A DNA stretch of 64,000 nt from the human T2T-CHM13v2.0 reference genome, Homo sapiens, in assembly GCF_009914755.1 (NCBI RefSeq), contig NC_060930.1; one strand, 5' to 3'. Numbering within the stretch: position 1 is the stretch's first letter; each line of letters opens with the position of its first letter. Below are positions 58,701 to 64,000 of this stretch, one piece after another. Position numbers and translations under genes: made by a program. The notes below the pieces were generated by a model that was not told the origin of the DNA, did no database searches, and saw only the letters and a list, made by a program, of their open reading frames with translations.

Positions 58701-60995
58701 CTCAGGAAAATAAGCAGAGAGAGAGACAGTGGATTTGCTTTTGGGAAAGGAACTGATATAGCTTAGTGGTTAGGCACAGTTAGGGTGAGGAGAGGACAAT
58801 AGCACAAAGCTGAGTGGCTATGAGTCCAGGCTGAGGAGAGAATCCAGAGAATGAACAGGATGAAGCCGGGGGTTCTGAATAAAATGGCAGACTCCATTTA
58901 TATAGGAAGCAGATTGTCTAACCATCAAATGGGAGGAGGGGTTGAAATGTTGTTTATTCTTTGGAAAGAGGACTGGGCTCCATGGATGTTGAGGTCCTGG
59001 AAGGCCTTGCTGAATTGTGACTGGTGTGGGAAGTTAGGAAGAACTAAAACTTTTCATTAGCTTGGCTTTTGATCTGAAATAAGTTTTGAAAGAGCTATAT
59101 GCTGGAGAAATAAAGAGGAGTGGCCCTGGAGTCAGACAATAGTGGAGCCACACGGACATATGCAAATATGTGTGTGTTCCCTTGCTTTTGAAAGCAAACA
59201 TTTTGTTTTCAGCAAACAGCTTGCATCTTGTGCTTCCTTAATAAAAAAAAAAAAAGTGGGGGAGAAAAGTACATACACAAAACAGCCTGTCACTGCTGGC
59301 TTCACAGAGGAGGAAGACAGGCCCTTGAGTGTTTTCCAGTAAGCAGCTCCCTAAGCTGGTTCTCACACGAGAAAGAAACTCAGAGTAACAAAAGGTGCCC
59401 GTGAAAGGTTCTTTTAGACTAAAATTTGGTGGAGATTAAAAGAGGGCAAAAGTTCAAATGAGAGGGAGCCACTGCCAAGTAGGCAGAAATCTTAGCCAAG
59501 GGGAAGGAAAAGGAGCCACTGGTTTAGAATGCAAGTAACCATGGCGAGCCAACAGCTCAATGCTAGAATCTGGTTAAGAAGTAATATCACACAGAGCTGT
59601 GATTGTTTATTCAAAGCAGGCCATGAGAGAACAGTTGTCTCCAATGGGTACTTGCACAGCTTGGATTCAAAATTATAAGTACATTTTTAAAAGCGTCCAG
59701 CGCTTCTCCCTGACCCATTTGGTATTAAGCAAAAAAGAAAAGAAAGCACAAAGTTTATTCTCAGTGTCTCTTGTGGGTTTAAGACGGCTTTACATATGGA
59801 AAAGCATTTTGGTGTCAGCTGTTGAACTGGTTTCTTGCTATTCTGCTTTCAGTTGCCATTGGAAACTTTGGCTGGCTGTGTGGTAACATCACCCATTTCC
59901 CAAGGTTCAGAAACCAATGCCCCTCTAAAGGGAAGCAGAGCATTTCTTTCTTTTCACGTACATGTTGTGCTTTGCCCCTGTTTCTTAGTGAGAAGGGCTT
60001 GGAAACAGCTAACGGACTGTGGGAATAAAGATGAAGTATTGAAATGCTTCATCTTGATGAAGCTAAGCATGAAGATAAGCATGATACAATGTAACAAGAG
60101 GTTCTGCAGTAGCCAGAAACACAGCTTCACATAAATGCCAAGTCTTCCAACGTAGATTTTCCATTTGCTGTTGTCATCACTATATAGATTGTAGACAGAG
60201 GCTGTTATCCTTTCTGTGTAAATGAAATAGTATTACTAGAGAAAGGGCTTTTGGAAGGGAGAGTGGGCTTCTGTTGGTTTTTGAGTCCCTGAAATTTATG
60301 CAAAAGCTCCTATATCACTTTGCATGTGCATTTTTTTTTCTGGGGCAATATGTCCATAACTTTCCTCAGATTATTAGAGTGGTCCATTACCCAAAACACA
60401 TTAAGAACCAAGGAACTGAAGTATCACCAAGTGAGGCACATTGGCTACACTCTCACATATGGAAAGAATGTAACCTAATGGTTTCAATTATGACAATGCA
60501 GTAATATGGACAGTGTACTGGGAAAACTTTCTCCCTAGTTAATGGATACAACATGGTCAACGGGAGGAAATTTCCAGGAGAAGATTGACTCTCTGCTGGT
60601 TGGCAGCTGGGGGAAGCGGTGTTCAGCTTTAAAAAAGAATGTGTCATGTTGGTGTTCTCTTTTTATATCTTGAGCTATCGAGGAGTTGGAGAGATACAAA
60701 GAGAATCTGCTTTGTCAGGAAAGGAAGAGGTGTGCTTCAGAGCTCAACCTGATGATTTCACAGACCAATTTAGAGCAAAAGGGAAGGGCAGCCTCATCAC
60801 ATGGTCTAGTTCAAGGAGGTAGTCTAGCATAGTGTTCTGGCACTTAAAATATATCATCTGGAATCAGACTGCATGGGTTTGAAACCAGGTCCGTTAAGCA
60901 GTAGATAGGAAAGTCAGGTGTTAGTTACGTATCATCCCTTTGCCCAAGTTTCCTTATTCTTAAAGTGGAATTACAATAGTACAACCAGTACTTAC

Positions 60996-61389
60996 TGTTT
61001 TCATCTGCTTTGGGCCACCATAACAAAATACTAGACTGTGTGGCTTAAACAACAGAAATGTATTTTTTCAAAATTCTGGAGGCTGGGAAGTCCAAGATCA
61101 AGGTTCTGGCTAATCTGGCTTTAGGTGAGGGCTCTTTTCTTGTCTTACAGATGGCCACCTTCTCACTGTGTCCTTATATGTCCTTTCTTCAGAGCATGAG
61201 GTGCAGAAAGAGAAAACTCTCCAGTGTCTCTTCCTTATAAGGAAATTAGTCGTGTCTGATCAGGACCCCACACTTAGGACTTTATTTAACATTAGTTACT
61301 TCCTTACACGCCCCATCTCCAAATACATCCACACTGTGGGATAGGGGACCTACCTATCAATTCAGGGCACAAATATTTCATCTTTAACA
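60996..61389 (-). mobile_element. MLT1A-like MaLR LTR
   Basis: 'ggcttaaacaacagaaatgtatt...ttctggaggctgggaagtccaagatcaagg'. Confidence 0.88.
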
Positions 61390-62020
61390 CTTGTTATTCA
61401 CAGATTTCATATTTGCAGATTTGTCTGCTCACTACAATTTATTTATAACTCCAAAATCAATACTTGCGGCACTTTCATGGTTATTTGAAGACATGCACAG
61501 AGCTGTGAAAAATTTTATTCACCTGATATACATGCTCCCAGCTGAGGTCAAACAAGGCGATGCTCTGCTTTCTGGTTTCAGCTCACATGCTGTAAACACG
61601 TGTCCTTTCCACAGTCTAGGTGACGCAACATTTTCACATTTTTGTGCATTTCTGTTGGTGATTTCACCTTCTAAAATGGCCCTAAGTGTAGTGCCAAAGT
61701 GCTGTCTGTCTAGTGTTTCTGTGTGCAAGAAGGCTGTGGTGTGTTTTATGGAGAAAATACATGTGTTAGATAAGTTTTATTCAGGCAGGAGTTATAGTGC
61801 TGTTGGCCATGAGTTTAATGTAAATAAAACAACATTATATGTTACATGAGGTGTCTTTAAACACAAGCACACATAAAACAGGGTTGTATAGATGTTCAGT
61901 TGATGAAAATGCTGTCACCAGGGGCTCAAAGGAACCTGACCATTTATTTTTTCTAGGAGCAGCAGTCCAATTCATTGTTTGTACAGAACATAAGTACTGT
62001 GAATAATGAGAATTGATTGA
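61390..62020. mobile_element. MER82-like (Tigger) DNA transposon
   Basis: TIR-like ends 'cttgttattcacag' and 'ctgtgaataatgagaattgattg'; internal 'cccagctgaggtcaaacaaggcga'. Confidence 0.8.
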
Positions 62021-62086
62021 CTATGACTCATCAAGCTATTATGAAGATTAAATACATTTTTATTCATAAAGTCCTTACAAGACTGC

Positions 62087-62855
62087 TGTCCTAGTTTAGG
62101 CTGCTATAACAAATACCATAGACAGGGTGGCATAAACAACATTTATTTTCCATTTTTGAGGCAGTGAAATCCAAGATCAAGCTACTAGCTTGACATGGTT
62201 TGGATCTGTGTCCCCATGCAAATCTCATGTTGAATTGTAATCCCCAGTGTTGGAGGTGGGGCATGGTGGGAGGTGATTGGATCATGGCGGCAGGTGGTTT
62301 CTCATGACTGGTTTAGCACCATCCTCCTAGTGCTGTTCTCGTGATAGAGTTCTCACAAGATGTGGTTGTTTAAAACGGTGTAGCATGCCCCTCCTTCTCT
62401 CTTGCTCCTGCTCCAGCTGTGTAAGACAGGTCTGCTTCCCCTTTGCCTTCCACCATGATTGGAAAGTTCCTGAGGCCTCCGCAGAAGCTGAAACAACTGT
62501 GCTTCCTGTGTAACCTCCAGAACCAGGAGCCAATTAAGCCTCTTTTCTTTATAAATTACCCAGTCTAGATTTCTTTATAGCAGTGTGAGAACAAACTAAC
62601 ACTTGGCTGATTCGTTTCCTTGTGAAGACCTGCTTCCAGGTTTGCAGATGGGTGACTTCTTGCTGTATTCTTACATGGTAGAGAAAGAGAAAGATCCTCT
62701 CTCTCATATCTCTTTAAGAGACAGGAATCCCATTCATGAGGGCTCCATCCTCATGACCTAATTACCTCCTGAAGGCCCCACCTCCTAATGTCGTCATATT
62801 GGGAATTAGGGCTTCAATACATGAATTTTGGGAAATAAGCATTCAGTCCATAGCA
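62087..62855 (-). mobile_element. MLT1A-like LTR hosting an MSTA LTR
   Basis: 'ggctgctataacaaataccataga' ... 'attcagtccatagca'; 5-bp TSD ACTGC at 62082-62086 and 62856-62860. Confidence 0.88.
62191..62603 (+). mobile_element. MSTA/MSTB solo LTR
   Basis: 'tgacatggtttggatctgtgtcccc...aatctcatgttgaattgtaatcccc'; TSD T(A/G)GCT. Confidence 0.9.
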
Positions 62856-63514
62856 ACTGCCTAACTCACAGTAAATGCTCAATATATGCCCTCTATTATT
62901 ATTTTCTCAGTACTAGAACAGTAAAAGATCCCTCCACAGTTGGAAACAACAACACAAGATATTAAATAACACTCACTGAAAGTGTTATATAGTTAGGCTT
63001 TATAGTCAAGCAGAAAAAAAAATATATTTACTGCTATGTATTGTCTACCCTGCCATTTATAGGGTAGGGTAGACAGAAATATCCAAAAGTGCTTAAATTT
63101 TAGCAGTGGATTATGGCTTAACTTGTATTAATTAGTTTACTCATTCTTCATTTACATCATCTGTAAAACATTTACTCTGCATATTCATGTTGTGAAATAA
63201 ATGCTGTGGGCATACTAATATGAATAAATCTTGTATATAACTAACTAAATAAATAAAGATATGGGATAAGCAGTGACTTGATGGAAAGGTAAAGAAGATA
63301 CTAAAGGAATGTAGAGATGGGATAAATTCCCTGAGAGTTCTCTCAGCATTTTCCTGAGAACTTCCTGGTCTTAAAGCCAAGCTGATGTTTGTGATAAAAT
63401 AGGAGGGAAGCAGCAGCTTCAGTAAGGCCCATGGGCAAGGACCAGGTTGGCCATGATGATCTGTTAGGACTCCATCCCCTGCATTGATTCAACTATAACA
63501 CTATCATCAATTTT

Positions 63515-63745
63515 TTGGTTAAGAGCTTAGATGCTGACGCCAAGTCTGGCTGTTTTCAAGTTTCAATATTTCCTACTACCAACTCTGACCTTGAGCAAGT
63601 TCCTTAATTTCTCTGTGACCCAGTTTCCTTAATATATAAAATGAGGGTGATGATAGTGCCTTCTAGCATTTCTAGATTAAATGTTTCACAAGCACCCTAG
63701 AACTGTGTCTGGTACATGACATACTTTACTTCAATATTTAACAAA
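63515..63745 (+). mobile_element. MIR SINE relic
   Basis: 'tgaccttgagcaagttccttaatttctctgtgacccagtttcctt...taaaatgagg'. Confidence 0.8.
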
Positions 63746-64000
63746 TAATTAAGTGACCTGAATGTCCCACACCAGACACAAAGTAGTAGTCAGATAACGT
63801 AATTAACAATCAATTGTTGAATGAATAAGTGAAAAGTAAAAGACCCTGGAAAATGCTAGGAGGAAAGAAAATATGAAGGCATGACTTAAAAAGAGCTAAT
63901 TTGATAGTTAAGATACTTTAGATTGCTGCTGCCTTGCATGAAAGCTTCTAATGAGCTGACTTGGTTAATATTTAAAAGTCCAAACTTTATGGCATGGCAT

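Noticed and set aside
61391-61849. 152-aa ORF in a DNA transposon
   Set aside because: Inside a non-autonomous MER82-like element, with no DDE or HTH motif visible

Overview
This is primate (human-like) nuclear genomic DNA, not a microbial window. It is AT-rich, CpG-depleted and dense in interspersed repeats: about 13 Alu/FLAM elements (many with visible target-site duplications), L1 fragments, L2/MIR relics, MaLR/ERVL solo LTRs and hAT/Tc-mariner MITEs. I can support no protein-coding gene. The ORFs in the track are Alu- or L1-derived, or chance ORFs, and I cannot name the locus. The most gene-like signal is a CpG-retaining promoter-like patch at ~14.1-14.6 kb with an RFX X-box, an NF-Y CCAAT box, a CTCF/EBF-like palindrome and a splice donor. 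There are also candidate non-coding exons on + (31.7 kb, 33.8 kb) and on - (17.2 kb, 14.7 kb). The most unusual structures seen directly are two independent cases of a short downstream segment copied, in the same orientation, into an upstream MaLR LTR (11151-11395 from 11875-12113; 49669-49780 from 51095-51206), a nearly perfect 89-bp tandem duplication, a TSD-flanked Alu missing its middle, and a multi-level TE nest containing an L1 that kept its 5' end but lost its 3' end. I found no evidence for a new multi-gene biological system. Repeat subfamily calls come from memory of consensus sequences. Boundaries of old elements (L2, MIR, L1M, MLT) are approximate to tens of bp.
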